Source: Pseudobdellovibrionaceae bacterium (GTDB lineage: Bacteria; Bdellovibrionota; Bdellovibrionia; Bdellovibrionales; UBA1609). From it: a DNA stretch of 64,000 nt. The position numbers and the translations under genes were made by a program. The stretch spans positions 2,634 through 66,633 of the forward strand of contig JAYSTF010000074.1 of NCBI GenBank assembly GCA_043720065.1, written 5' to 3'. Shown piece by piece: positions 37,281-47,072 of this stretch. Numbering within the stretch: position 1 is the stretch's first letter; each line of letters begins with the position of its first letter. The notes beneath the pieces are model-generated. The model made no database searches, was not told where the DNA came from, and worked only from the letters and a program-made list of their open reading frames with translations.

Positions 37281-37472
37281 GTACTCCAATGAAGGACGTA
37301 AACTGAAATAGGGGGGAACAGTGGTGCTAAGACCAAAGGACTTACGCTTAGACCCACCGCCGAAATAATGCGGTGGAACAGGTCGGATAAGTGTTTCTTT
37401 TGTTCAATTCCTTGAAACAGGAGGACTGCACGATGCCTTACCCGCCGCTATGCACGGCGGGTTTTTTATTTT
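37281..37472 (+). ncRNA. Candidate ~190-nt structured RNA (orphan leader or sRNA) ending in an intrinsic terminator
   Basis: Bounded by the promoter-like element and the terminator. Contains mutually exclusive helices: GUGGUGCUAAG...CUUAGACCCACC versus CCACCGC-CGAAAUAAU-GCGGUGG (37354..37376). 5' CUCC / AAGGA can pair with 3' UCCUU / GGAG and mask a GGAGG. No plus-strand gene follows. Confidence 0.3.
37440..37472 (+). terminator. Rho-independent terminator
   Basis: Stem acccgccg (37440..37447) / cggcgggt (37455..37462), 7-nt loop, followed by TTTTTTATTTT. Confidence 0.7.
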
Positions 37473-38326
37473 GGCGCTGTACGAATTATAGCACCAGCTC
37501 CACTTGGAAGAGGCCGCTCAAACTGATCCGGAATCACCATCTCACCCATCTCAATTTCCCCAGCCCCAAAAACCGTAAAAAGCTGATTGCGTAATGAGAT
37601 TGGCGAGTAGCCTTCGGTGTGCGCTGACAAGCAAACGAGACATTCTTGCTCTAGGTTTAAGATTTTCCGGATCTGCCAAAGAAGCGTCGTCAGGTCTTTT
37701 TCGATCTTCCAAATCTGCTTCTTTTCACCTTTACCGTAGCTAGGCGGATCGAGAATCACGACATCGTACTTCGTGCCGCGACGGACATCTTTAGCAACGA
37801 ATTCTTTTACGTCATCAATGAGCCAGCGAATTTTGGCCTCACCGAGGCCTGAGACTTTCGCATTCTCACTCGCCCACTTTACAGTCCCTTTGGAAGCATC
37901 CACGTGGGCGACTTCGGCTCCTGCGCGTGCGGCAAAAAGAGTGGCTCCACCCGTGTAGGCGAACAAGTTTAAGACCTTAATCGGTCGGCCCTTGGCCTTT
38001 TGATTTTTGGTCCAAGTCTCTAGTGTCTGCCAATGCTGTCGCTGCTCAGGGAAAATCCCAAGGTGACCGAAGCTTGTGAGCTTGATTTGAAACTGGATGC
38101 CGTCGATGGAAATTTGTAGCGGTTTTTCTAACTCTTTGTTTTTGATCTTCCACTCGCCGCTGCCCTCTGGCCCGCGAATAAATTCGGCGTCGGCTTGGTT
38201 CCATTCCGCATGCGGAAGTTTTGGGTCCCAAACGGCGGAAAGCGCCTGACGGATAATACGAAATGGGCCCACTTGCTCAAACTTGCGGAAGCCGCCTGAG
38301 TCGATCAGTTGATAGCTGTTGTCCAT
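37466..38326 (-). CDS. Class I SAM-dependent methyltransferase (RlmI/RlmK-like, Methyltrans_SAM type)
   Basis: 286 aa. VLNLFAYTGGATLFAARAGAEVAHVDAS (motif I) and YDVVILDPPSYGKG (the DPP catalytic motif of RNA m5C/m2G-type enzymes). Confidence 0.75.
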   Translation of the reverse strand: MDNSYQLIDSGGFRKFEQVGPFRIIRQALSAVWDPKLPHAEWNQADAEFIRGPEGSGEWKIKNKELEKPLQISIDGIQFQIKLTSFGHLGIFPEQRQHWQTLETWTKNQKAKGRPIKVLNLFAYTGGATLFAARAGAEVAHVDASKGTVKWASENAKVSGLGEAKIRWLIDDVKEFVAKDVRRGTKYDVVILDPPSYGKGEKKQIWKIEKDLTTLLWQIRKILNLEQECLVCLSAHTEGYSPISLRNQLFTVFGAGEIEMGEMVIPDQFERPLPSGAGAIIRTAPK

Positions 38327-38340
38327 AATTAGGAATCTAT

Positions 38341-40059
38341 TTATCTGGCGTCGGCGGGAATAACAAGTTCCGCGCCAGCTAAGAGGCGAGAACTGTTTCT
38401 CATTGAGTTCCGCTTGGCAATTGAGCCTATTGTTACACGGTACCTGGCGGCGATGGCCGCAAGGGTTTCACCCTTTTGCACGCGATGCTTTTGCGACTTA
38501 ATCACTAACTTTTTAGGCAGGGCCTTTGCTATCGCGACCTTGGACTTTTTCGCAAGTTTTCGGGTGGCGACTAACTTTTCGTTTAAGCCCTTTAACCGCT
38601 TGGCTTTCATAGCTGCATCGGAACGGTTTGCACTTGAGTCGGGCTCATTCTCCTTTAAGCGCAGGGTTTGCCCGGCGCGCAGGACCGCGCGGTTATTAAG
38701 ATTATTCAATCGTCGAAGTTCCGCCACTGTGAGTCCGTACTTTCTGGCGATGGTCGTTAAGTTTTCACCGCGACGTACAACGTGAGTCTCCTTGATTTGC
38801 GTGTTGACCTGGCTGCCCTCGGTCGCTGGCTCGACAGGCTCAGAGGCAGCTGCGACTCCGGATTTTTGCGACGGCATTTCGTAACTCACAGCCGAGCCAC
38901 CACGATCTTGAACTCTTAATTTTTGGCCGACGCGAAGAAGAGTGCGATTTCCTAAACCATTTAAGCGCTTAAGAGTGGCGACCGAGGTGCGATGGCGGCG
39001 GGCGATGGTGGAAAGAGAATCGCCACTTCGAATGCGGTAGAAGAAAAACTCGGAAGCGATCACCTTTGGCTGCTCGCTGATGGCACCTGCAATAGAAGCC
39101 GTCGCAATCTCTTTCATTCCGAGCGGAACCCGGATCATAGTCTCAGCCCCGCGATATTGGGGAACGTAATCGCCGCGAAATTTCGGGTTCAGTAATCTTA
39201 GTTTTTCAACTTCAACGTTCATCGCTTGCGCAAGCTTCGGCATGCTGACCGGATTTGTCAGTTGAACTGTGTCAAAATCAAGTGGCGCTTGATAATTAAT
39301 ATTGGTAAAGCCGTACTTCTCTGGGTCCTTTGCGATGAGTGCCGCTGCAATAAACTTCGGAACATAGTGTTTGGTTTCTTTCGGCAATGAACGACGGTGT
39401 TTCACAAGTTCCCAATAATCGCGCGTGTAGTACTTCATCACTGCGCGTTTTACGCGGTTCTCGCCAACGTTGTATGACGCCATCGCCAAATGCCAGTTGC
39501 CGAACATATTATAAAGCGTTTTGAAGTACTCGGCCGCGGCGCGAGTTGATAGGACTGGATCCCGACGCTCATCGATGAACGGGTCCATCTTTAGGCCATA
39601 GCGCTTGCCTGTGCCGCGAATAAACTGCCAGTAACCAACCGCGTTCGCATGACTATGCGCCACCGGACTAAAACCAGATTCGATTAACGCGATGTAAACG
39701 AGATCTTCGGGCAACTCGTACTCACGCAAAGTGTTTTTCATCATCGGTAAATAACGCGATGAGCGCTCAAGATAAACTTCCATGTAACGGCGCCCTTTGC
39801 CTTGGAAGTATTTAAGCCACTGCTCGGTGAGCGACGTAACATCCAAAGCAATGTCGCCCAAAGGACTCTTGTAGGGCTTAGCGATATTGGCCATTACTTT
39901 TTTCGAAGGGTCTTCGCTGCCTGGAATCTGGACCAAAGTCTCGGTGGATTCGCCATCCTGAGTTATGGTTTTTCCGCCTCTCATGCTGGCGCAGCCAGAG
40001 AGAAGCAAAGTCAAACCGACTAAAAGGGCCGGATAGCGCGAAATCAAATTTTTTCTCAT
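38341..40059 (-). CDS. mltD: Membrane-bound lytic murein transglycosylase D-like lipoprotein with three LysM domains
   Basis: The likely start is ATG 40059 (MRKNLISRYPALLVGLTLLLSGC, lipobox LSGC); the track ORF begins at 40143. SLT catalytic block ALIESGFSPVAHSHANAVGYWQF. Three C-terminal LysM repeats (YRIRSGDSLSTIA.., HVVRRGENLTTIA.., HRVQKGETLAAIA..). Confidence 0.85.
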   Translation of the reverse strand: MRKNLISRYPALLVGLTLLLSGCASMRGGKTITQDGESTETLVQIPGSEDPSKKVMANIAKPYKSPLGDIALDVTSLTEQWLKYFQGKGRRYMEVYLERSSRYLPMMKNTLREYELPEDLVYIALIESGFSPVAHSHANAVGYWQFIRGTGKRYGLKMDPFIDERRDPVLSTRAAAEYFKTLYNMFGNWHLAMASYNVGENRVKRAVMKYYTRDYWELVKHRRSLPKETKHYVPKFIAAALIAKDPEKYGFTNINYQAPLDFDTVQLTNPVSMPKLAQAMNVEVEKLRLLNPKFRGDYVPQYRGAETMIRVPLGMKEIATASIAGAISEQPKVIASEFFFYRIRSGDSLSTIARRHRTSVATLKRLNGLGNRTLLRVGQKLRVQDRGGSAVSYEMPSQKSGVAAASEPVEPATEGSQVNTQIKETHVVRRGENLTTIARKYGLTVAELRRLNNLNNRAVLRAGQTLRLKENEPDSSANRSDAAMKAKRLKGLNEKLVATRKLAKKSKVAIAKALPKKLVIKSQKHRVQKGETLAAIAARYRVTIGSIAKRNSMRNSSRLLAGAELVIPADAR

Positions 40060-40139
40060 CCAATAACTGTAACGAAAGGTTCGATTCACCGCAACCCTAA
40101 GCCCTCGCAAATTACTTAACTCAGGGACTTTTACTCGCC

Positions 40140-42347
40140 TCAAGGCTTGGACGATTGCCAGACCGGGTCTTCCAGCTTCATGGAACCCTTACCATAGAGT
40201 TGGTAGATCAGCAGATTTCTGAGGACGGATTTGACGTATGTACTGGTCTCTTCCCATGGCAATTCGTCGATCCAAATTTCTTCATCGGGAGAAGATGTCT
40301 TTTTTGTATCGATATCTTTAAGCTCAGGGCGTGCCGCGACCCATTTGCGCATGCGGCCGATCCCGGCGTTGTACGACGCGAGCGCGAGCGGCACATTTCC
40401 CTTATAAGCTTTAACTAGCCTGGCGAGATAAATCGATCCAATTCGGATATTGATTTCAGGGTTGAAAAGATCGTCGGGCATAACGAGAGCGGCTTTCCAC
40501 TTTCCCATCGTCGCTACTTCGGTTGCTGTGGCGGGCAAAACTTGCATGAGGCCAAGTGCGTTAGCTGGGCTCTGAGCCTTTGCGCGGAAAGAACTTTCCT
40601 GTCGCATTAGCCCGCGAATGAGATTTGGATCCAGTTGCGATGCTTTGGCTTCTTTTTCAACTGACTCGACATACTCTATAGGGAAGGCGGCGCGAGCGAG
40701 AGGCCAGGAAAAGAGTTCTGGTTTTTCTGTCCACGCGTCATTGAAAGCTCGAATGGCGGTCAGGTGATCAAACGCCACCGCAGTTAAGCGCGCGCGAACG
40801 AGTTTGTCTTGAACAGTCAATGGCTCAGGCAAAGAGTTTAATTCCGCCTGTGCCTCTTCAAACCAGCCAGCTTTAAGTAAGAGTTGAAATCTCTCCCAAG
40901 CTTGGCCCTGAGTTTCCGTTAGCCAAATGTCTGCTTTCACGGGCACCGTCGGACCCGTGGCAAACGAGAGTTCCCCGTTGTTAAGTTCAGCACGCGCCCT
41001 GAGTCCGTAATAGGTCACTGGATACTTGATCATTAACCGCTCAGCCACCTGCTGCGCAGTTGCTGAATTCAATTTGGCTTGTGCTCGCCATAACCAATGA
41101 AGTGCTAAATATTCGAAGTCAGTTCCATTCACACCGAGAGTCAAGCGTTCGAAATAAGTCGAGGCCTCAGCCCATTTTTTGGCGCGATAGTGCAAGAGCC
41201 CAAGACGAAAGATCGCGGCGCGAGATTCATCGGTTCCGTTATGCTCGGAAATTAATTTTTCATACCACTTCTCAGCCCCGCTGTTGTCGCCACTAAAGAA
41301 CTTGGCTTGCGCGGTGACCAACATGATCTTCGTGGCATCGGGGTGATTATTATATTTGGTTATTGCCACTTCGCCTAAGCGGGCCGCATCTTTGTAAAAA
41401 CCTTTTGCATGAGCGTTATTCGCCCAGCGCGCGATTCGACCTGCATCTGCTCGCACCATGACATCAACGGCTTTTTCCCTAAGGGTGGCGAAATTAGATT
41501 CCGCCTTAGCCCCGAGGCTTAAATAAATTTCTAAAATTCTATCCCCGGCCCATTTCGCTGCGGTACCGCCAGGAAATTTTTCGATCAAACGAACTCCGTC
41601 TTCCACCGCAGAAAGCAAATCTCCGGACTGCATGGCTCGCTGCAAACGATCGATGATTTCTTTTTCCTCTGCGTTCGCGCCGGCGACGATGACCGCATCA
41701 CTCACCTTAACTGGATCAGTAGTGGTCGGCGCAGCTTCTTTTTTTGACACGATCGAACTTTTGATCGACTCGAGCCTGCGGCGAACATCGGAAGTGTCGC
41801 GCTGATCGAGGCTACGTGACATCATCTCCATGGCAAGCCCCAAATCCTGCTCCATGAACGCAAGCTCGCCGGCCGCCCGGTACATGCGAGCGCGCTGATC
41901 ATCCGTTAGCCAGCGCCGAATATTTTGGACGCTATCGTATGAATCCCACGCCTGCTTGCGCTGGGATTTGGCTTGACGCTCAAGCCTAAGCACTTGAGCT
42001 TCGGCAAAAAGCGGCCTTAACTTTTCGGTTTGCGGGCCCCAGAGCAACCATTTAGGATTTTGCTCAATGTGCACGATTGCCTCTATTAAAGGTGCTAGTG
42101 TTTTGCTGCCTTCAGGCTTAGCTATAAGGATTGCGCATTCCATTTGCGTGGCCGCAAGCCATATTCGAATCCCGGAAGCTTGCGTCGCCAGGCGCTTCGC
42201 ATCGTCGACACAGCTTAAGTATTTTTTATCTAAAAAAAGTTTTCTTAAAGCGACAAGTTCTTTTACAACCCCAGGCCCTTTAATTTGAGCTTTGGAATCA
42301 AACATCCAACGGGGGGCTATGAAATCTTGGTCCGTCGAAACCGTCAC
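40140..42347 (-). CDS. slt: Soluble lytic murein transglycosylase (Slt70-like)
   Basis: 735 aa. Long helical/TPR-like N-terminal superhelix. C-terminal SLT domain LMRQESSFRAKAQSPANALGLMQVLPATA ... ASYNAG. Confidence 0.85.
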   Translation of the reverse strand: MTVSTDQDFIAPRWMFDSKAQIKGPGVVKELVALRKLFLDKKYLSCVDDAKRLATQASGIRIWLAATQMECAILIAKPEGSKTLAPLIEAIVHIEQNPKWLLWGPQTEKLRPLFAEAQVLRLERQAKSQRKQAWDSYDSVQNIRRWLTDDQRARMYRAAGELAFMEQDLGLAMEMMSRSLDQRDTSDVRRRLESIKSSIVSKKEAAPTTTDPVKVSDAVIVAGANAEEKEIIDRLQRAMQSGDLLSAVEDGVRLIEKFPGGTAAKWAGDRILEIYLSLGAKAESNFATLREKAVDVMVRADAGRIARWANNAHAKGFYKDAARLGEVAITKYNNHPDATKIMLVTAQAKFFSGDNSGAEKWYEKLISEHNGTDESRAAIFRLGLLHYRAKKWAEASTYFERLTLGVNGTDFEYLALHWLWRAQAKLNSATAQQVAERLMIKYPVTYYGLRARAELNNGELSFATGPTVPVKADIWLTETQGQAWERFQLLLKAGWFEEAQAELNSLPEPLTVQDKLVRARLTAVAFDHLTAIRAFNDAWTEKPELFSWPLARAAFPIEYVESVEKEAKASQLDPNLIRGLMRQESSFRAKAQSPANALGLMQVLPATATEVATMGKWKAALVMPDDLFNPEINIRIGSIYLARLVKAYKGNVPLALASYNAGIGRMRKWVAARPELKDIDTKKTSSPDEEIWIDELPWEETSTYVKSVLRNLLIYQLYGKGSMKLEDPVWQSSKP

Positions 42348-42429
42348 TGAGCGAAGCTTTGCCTCCGCGGAAAAAACGGAAACTGCGGCAACAAAAATAC
42401 ATAAACCCAGACTTATGTGTCGGCGAATA

Positions 42430-44316
42430 TTAGGCTTCTTTCTTTTCGATAGCTTCGTTGCTCTGATCCACGAGTTTCAATGCCATGTCGACTGTAGTTT
42501 CGAGTTGTTGAACTAAACTTTTTAATTTTGTTTTTTCTTTCAGGTCGCCCACAAGATTTTCGGGAGCAAAGCTTAGAAGTTCCAGCTTTTGTAAAATCTG
42601 GCGCACCGGCTCGCCAAGCTCACGCCGAACACTTGGGGGAGACTGCTCAAGAAGCTGAGAGAGCTCCTTGCCAGCGCCGCCAGAACCTGAGATTTCCCCA
42701 AGCACAAAGTAAATAAGATTAGTACCGTTGACTCCCACTTCGCGCCAAGCGCCTTTGGCAATTAACCCCTTGATTTTTTCTAACCTTTTTTGCGCTAATT
42801 TTCTTAAATCACGACGGCGGCGGATAAAGCCGCCCTCGATCAAGAGCCGAAAAGCCAACACTGCCAAGACGATAGCGTAAACAAATGTCCAGGCGAAGGT
42901 TTTTGGGAAGGGCAAATGCCACCCTCCCGCTTCCCACTCAAGTGAGATTTGCGGCAACGCGGGCTCAAGCTTCGGAGCCTGCGGCGTCTCTCCAGCGACT
43001 GGATTACCGACGGCACCGGCTGGGGCCGTTCCAGGAAGTATGGTTAAGTTAAGAGCCTGACTTGCGACCGGATAAAACTGCTTTGTCGCCGGATTAAACG
43101 CACTGATTTGAATAGGCGGAATCGTTAACGGCCCTGCCTGTCGCGGTATCAATATAAGTTCAAACTCCTTAAAGCTCGTGCCTTCTTTAAAAAATTTCGA
43201 TTCATTTTTCGTGTCGTAAATTTCGAGACTTGGGGGGAAGTTTAGTGCCGGAAGATCGATCAGCTTCGCATTGCCACGGCCTTCGAACTTCACTTTTAAA
43301 GAGAGGGGCTGATGCGCCACGACGGTCGTTTGATCGACCTTTGATACGGCGGAAAACTGCCCAACGGCGCCCGTGAAATCCGGTGGACGCCCATCGGTCG
43401 GGACATCCATCACTTGGATCGATATCGGTTTACTTGACTTGGTAAACAGATAAGGTCGACTAAAACCAAATGAGGTCGGAACCGTCACCGTGCACTTCGC
43501 TTTGTAAGCGTCTATCATTACGTTTCCCGCTTTTATCGGGAACAGAGCATATGACGCAAGTAATGCTCTTTGATAAGCAATCCCGTTAACGACCTCTTGT
43601 TGAAAATTAAGTCTCGTCGCGAGTTCGATGTCCTCTTTCCAAAACCCACTTAAAGAAGGGTACTTTAGCGTATCAATATCGTGAATCTGACCGCGAGTAT
43701 AAAGATACCAGGTCGCTGTGATTTGCTCTCCCACGTACGCCGTTTCTTTATCGACTTCGACTTGAATAAAAAACGCTTCATCCGGGTTAGTTGGCTGAGT
43801 GCGAGTGCCCTGTCCCACCCGACGTCTTAAGAGCTGATTGAAAATGTCATCCATGTCTTGGAAGGAGTCCGGCGGCGGCTGTTGTCCTTGGCCAGCTTGT
43901 GGCGGGACTGCACGGCCTTCAAGAACCTGAATCTGAATGGGCTGGGTCGCGAAAGGCTTGCCGTCGACCATAACAGTCGCAGCACCGAGCGTGAATGTCC
44001 CGGCCTTTTGCACGGACAACATGTAATTAAACTGCCGCGATTGAACGACCTCGAACGTGCCGTTCGCAAAAGAACTACGGCTTTCCACCCCGGTCCAGCT
44101 ATTAATGAGCTCAAACCCCGACAACTCCGGCAGTTTTGGCTCTACGGTGCTAACACTTTCCTCGGAGCTTACTTGGATCGTGTACGTGAACGTGTCGCCA
44201 ACGCCCATCTGGCTGCGATCAACAGAGCTTGTGACTTGAACGGGCTTTGCGGCGAAAACGGACGACGCCACCAAGAAAATTAATAAACTTAAAAAGAGAT
44301 TACCAATCTTTGCCAC
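42430..44316 (-). CDS. batD: BatD-like protein (oxygen-tolerance family)
   Basis: 628 aa. Signal peptide, large beta-rich ectodomain, one TM helix near residue 470 and a cytoplasmic helical tail. It is the last gene of the MoxR/DUF58/VWA operon. Confidence 0.7.
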   Translation of the reverse strand: MAKIGNLFLSLLIFLVASSVFAAKPVQVTSSVDRSQMGVGDTFTYTIQVSSEESVSTVEPKLPELSGFELINSWTGVESRSSFANGTFEVVQSRQFNYMLSVQKAGTFTLGAATVMVDGKPFATQPIQIQVLEGRAVPPQAGQGQQPPPDSFQDMDDIFNQLLRRRVGQGTRTQPTNPDEAFFIQVEVDKETAYVGEQITATWYLYTRGQIHDIDTLKYPSLSGFWKEDIELATRLNFQQEVVNGIAYQRALLASYALFPIKAGNVMIDAYKAKCTVTVPTSFGFSRPYLFTKSSKPISIQVMDVPTDGRPPDFTGAVGQFSAVSKVDQTTVVAHQPLSLKVKFEGRGNAKLIDLPALNFPPSLEIYDTKNESKFFKEGTSFKEFELILIPRQAGPLTIPPIQISAFNPATKQFYPVASQALNLTILPGTAPAGAVGNPVAGETPQAPKLEPALPQISLEWEAGGWHLPFPKTFAWTFVYAIVLAVLAFRLLIEGGFIRRRRDLRKLAQKRLEKIKGLIAKGAWREVGVNGTNLIYFVLGEISGSGGAGKELSQLLEQSPPSVRRELGEPVRQILQKLELLSFAPENLVGDLKEKTKLKSLVQQLETTVDMALKLVDQSNEAIEKKEA

Positions 44317-45001
44317 GTGGTCTCTCCTTAGCGCCCTTTGAATAATGATCCGCGCGCACTTTCTGCTCCTGGGCTTTTAGCTCTTCTAAAATTTTTCGAA
44401 CCGTATCGGGCGTCAGCTCCTGGCTCTCAAATTCCCGTTTTTGCGGCTTAGGCTCTTCTTTGTTTTCGTTGCCGCCTGCTTGTTGGTTATCATTTTTTTC
44501 GTTATTGGGCTTCTCGCCTTCGCTCTTATCGCTATCGGCGCCCTTTTGCTTTTCATCCGACTTGCCGCCACCTTTTGATCCATTTTGCTGATCCCAAAGG
44601 AGCTCGATGTTGTGCTTTACTTCTTTTGCTTGCGGATTAATCTCAAGCGCCGCTTGATAAGCATTGAGAGCTGCAGGAATGTCTTTCTTTGCTGCAAGAG
44701 CCACGCCTAAGTTAAAGCGTGCTATAAACTGCAACTTTGGATTTTCCGCCGCCAATTGATCAGCCAGGCTAAACTCTTGAATGGCCTTGTCTGATTCTTC
44801 ATTTTTTAAATAGGCGAGGCCAAGATTCAAGCGAATCGTTGGATCAAAAGAATCCGCGGCCGCTGCTTCCACAAGGCTTTGATAGGCTTTAAATGAATTG
44901 TTCTCCTGAATTGCCTTTACACCACGGTTGTTTGGTCCAATGGCATCAAGACCGCTTGCGTTTACCAGCATGGGAAACCAGAACAAAATCCACTTCGTCA
45001 T
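44300..45001 (-). CDS. batC: TPR-repeat protein (BatC-like) with a charged C-terminal tail
   Basis: 233 aa. TPR repeats (AYQSLVEAA.., LNLGLAYLKNEESDKAIQEF.., FNLGVALAAKKDIPAALNAYQAALEINP), then a Lys/Glu/Gly-rich tail. The start overlaps the batB stop. Confidence 0.7.
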   Translation of the reverse strand: MTKWILFWFPMLVNASGLDAIGPNNRGVKAIQENNSFKAYQSLVEAAAADSFDPTIRLNLGLAYLKNEESDKAIQEFSLADQLAAENPKLQFIARFNLGVALAAKKDIPAALNAYQAALEINPQAKEVKHNIELLWDQQNGSKGGGKSDEKQKGADSDKSEGEKPNNEKNDNQQAGGNENKEEPKPQKREFESQELTPDTVRKILEELKAQEQKVRADHYSKGAKERPRGKDW

Positions 45002-46068
45002 GTTTTAGCAACCTCAAAGCGCCCGCGCCAAAGCCGCCCTTTGCCCTTACGCTCCCCAAGAACCAATTCAATGAGCGCGAGCAAAATGGCAATCATCAAA
45101 TAAGTTTGGTAGCGTTCGTCATAGCTAGTAATTTCCGCATCATCAAATTGCGATTTTTGTAAACGGCCTAGGTCATCAAGCAGCGCTCTTACTGCCTCGC
45201 CCCCGAAGGTGACATGATGAAACTGCCCACGGCCCTCTGTAGCCAGATTTTTTAAGGCGTCGCCGCCCACTTTTGTAATGACCTCAGCACCTGATTTATC
45301 CCGCAGCGTTCCCACAAGATTGCCGCGATCGTCGCGCATGGGAATGGAACCACCACGCTCAGTGCCGTAGGCCATCGTGTAAATTCGAACCCCATCGGCT
45401 GCGAGCTCGCGCGCTACATCAAGGGCGCCTTGTTCGTTGTCCTCTCCATCGGAGGCGATAAGCACCACTCGTGTGACCACTCCGTCATCGCCCGGATCAA
45501 CGCCGCCGCGCGCGAACGCGTTCTTAGCCTCTGTTAATGCGCGCTTAAAATCCGTGCCTTGCGACGAAACGGCCGTTGGTGAAAGCGACTCGATGAACAT
45601 TTTCAGTGCGGCCTTGTCATTGGTTAGAGGTGACAACGTAACGGCGGAGCCCGCAAACGCCACAAGACCCATTTTGTCGCCGCCAGCCAGGTCGACGAAT
45701 CTTGCGAGTTCTTTTTTCGCCAGCTCAAGGCGGCTTGGACGCACATCTTCAGCCAACATACTTTGCGAGACGTCGACGAGGAGCATGATCTCGACGCCTT
45801 CCGACTTTACCTTTTGCTTTGATTCACCAGCTTGCGGACGAGCAAGGGCAATGACGAAAAAGAAAAGTACAGCAAACTGCAGGGCTAGTTTAAACCTGCG
45901 GCGCGGAACCGAAACAGAGGCGACAAGCACAGGCATAAGTTTTGCGCTAACGGCTGACGAAAGCTTTCGGCGTTGATTCTTAGTAAAAAACCAAGCTATC
46001 CCGATCAAAACAGGAATCCACCAAAGCATTTGCAGAGCTGCGGGATTTTCCAAACGATCAGCAATCAT
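44998..46068 (-). CDS. batB: VWA domain-containing membrane protein (BatB-like)
   Basis: The likely start is ATG 46068 (MIADRLENPAALQMLWWIPVL), which forms an ATGA overlap with the batA stop. VWA MIDAS motif LLVDVSQSM. Confidence 0.8.
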   Translation of the reverse strand: MIADRLENPAALQMLWWIPVLIGIAWFFTKNQRRKLSSAVSAKLMPVLVASVSVPRRRFKLALQFAVLFFFVIALARPQAGESKQKVKSEGVEIMLLVDVSQSMLAEDVRPSRLELAKKELARFVDLAGGDKMGLVAFAGSAVTLSPLTNDKAALKMFIESLSPTAVSSQGTDFKRALTEAKNAFARGGVDPGDDGVVTRVVLIASDGEDNEQGALDVARELAADGVRIYTMAYGTERGGSIPMRDDRGNLVGTLRDKSGAEVITKVGGDALKNLATEGRGQFHHVTFGGEAVRALLDDLGRLQKSQFDDAEITSYDERYQTYLMIAILLALIELVLGERKGKGRLWRGRFEVAKT

Positions 46069-47072
46069 GGGCCTCTCCTTAACCATGTCTGACCTAAAAC
46101 TAAAGCGAAAATATAAAGCCAAATCGCCCATCGCAAATAAGGAGGAAAAAGTTCGGCATAGCGCGTGTACTGGTTAGTCTCTATCTTGGTCTTTTCCAAG
46201 CTATCGATGTCAGTGAATACCTTCTTGAGCGCGCCCGTGTTTGTCGCGCGATAATATTTGCCGCCAGTTTCACTCGCGATCTTGCCTAGAAGCTCATCAT
46301 TCACAGTGCTGTGAATGGGGCGATAGCGCTTAATGCGTTCGCCCGTTGGCGTGTCGAGATAAATCGGTAACTGAGCATCGCCATCTTGGCCTGCACCAAT
46401 GGTATAAACTTTGATGCCATAACCCTTCGCGATTTCAAGTGCAGTTTCAGGATCAATCGTTCCACTGTTGTTTTCACCATCGGTCAATAGAATGACGACT
46501 CGGGTTTTAGCTGTCGATTCTTTTAGGCGCGCCACCCCATTAGCAAGGGCCACGCCGATCGCGGTCCCCATTTTAATGTAGCGCGCGGTTTCCGTCGCCG
46601 CCAAACTCTTTAATAAAAGAGGATAGTCTAAGGTGGGCGGCACTCTCGTGTAAGACTCGCCGGCAAATACCACGAGCCCAATTCGGTCTGAGAATCGGCC
46701 TTGGATAAATTCTTTGATGATGAGCTTCGAAGACTCCATGCGGTTCTCCGGCTGCATGTCTTCAATCAACATGGAATCAGAAATATCTAGCACAACCATA
46801 ATGTCGATTCCTTCGACATTGCGCTTAATCTTCGTATCAGCTCTTTGCGGGCGCGCCAGTGCAACCACAGCTAAAATAATCGCTGCGACTTTTAGTGCCG
46901 TTGGCAACCAAACGAGTTTTGAGCGTATCCCACGTGCCAAACCTTGCAGCGCTTTTAAACTGCTATACTGCAGTGCCGGATGCATTTGCCGCCGGCGCCA
47001 CCAACGCCACGCAAGCGCCCCTAGAAGCGGAAGAATAAATGCGAATGCCCAGAGCGAGTACCAAACGGTCAT
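46065..47072 (-). CDS. batA: VWA domain-containing membrane protein (BatA-like)
   Basis: 335 aa. N-terminal TM helices, VWA MIDAS VVLDISDSM, and a C-terminal TM helix. Confidence 0.8.
   Translation of the reverse strand: MTVWYSLWAFAFILPLLGALAWRWWRRRQMHPALQYSSLKALQGLARGIRSKLVWLPTALKVAAIILAVVALARPQRADTKIKRNVEGIDIMVVLDISDSMLIEDMQPENRMESSKLIIKEFIQGRFSDRIGLVVFAGESYTRVPPTLDYPLLLKSLAATETARYIKMGTAIGVALANGVARLKESTAKTRVVILLTDGENNSGTIDPETALEIAKGYGIKVYTIGAGQDGDAQLPIYLDTPTGERIKRYRPIHSTVNDELLGKIASETGGKYYRATNTGALKKVFTDIDSLEKTKIETNQYTRYAELFPPYLRWAIWLYIFALVLGQTWLRRGP

Noticed and set aside
37300-37390. Partial resemblance to cobalamin (GGGAA..GGUG..AA..CC) and TPP (GAAC.GGUC.GGAUAA) riboswitch cores.
   Set aside because: The B12 box (GCCACUG) and the TPP CUGAGA element are absent, and no regulated gene lies downstream. 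The matches are too short to call by eye, so I reported the region only as an unclassified structured RNA candidate.
37434-37594. 54-aa ORF (MPYPPLCTAGFLFWRC...) with a perfect GGAGG-N8-ATG.
   Set aside because: A strong intrinsic terminator lies within its first ~12 codons. The rest of the ORF is antisense to the 3' end of the methyltransferase gene. It is unlikely to be translated full-length, and the SD/ATG may instead be part of the RNA structure.
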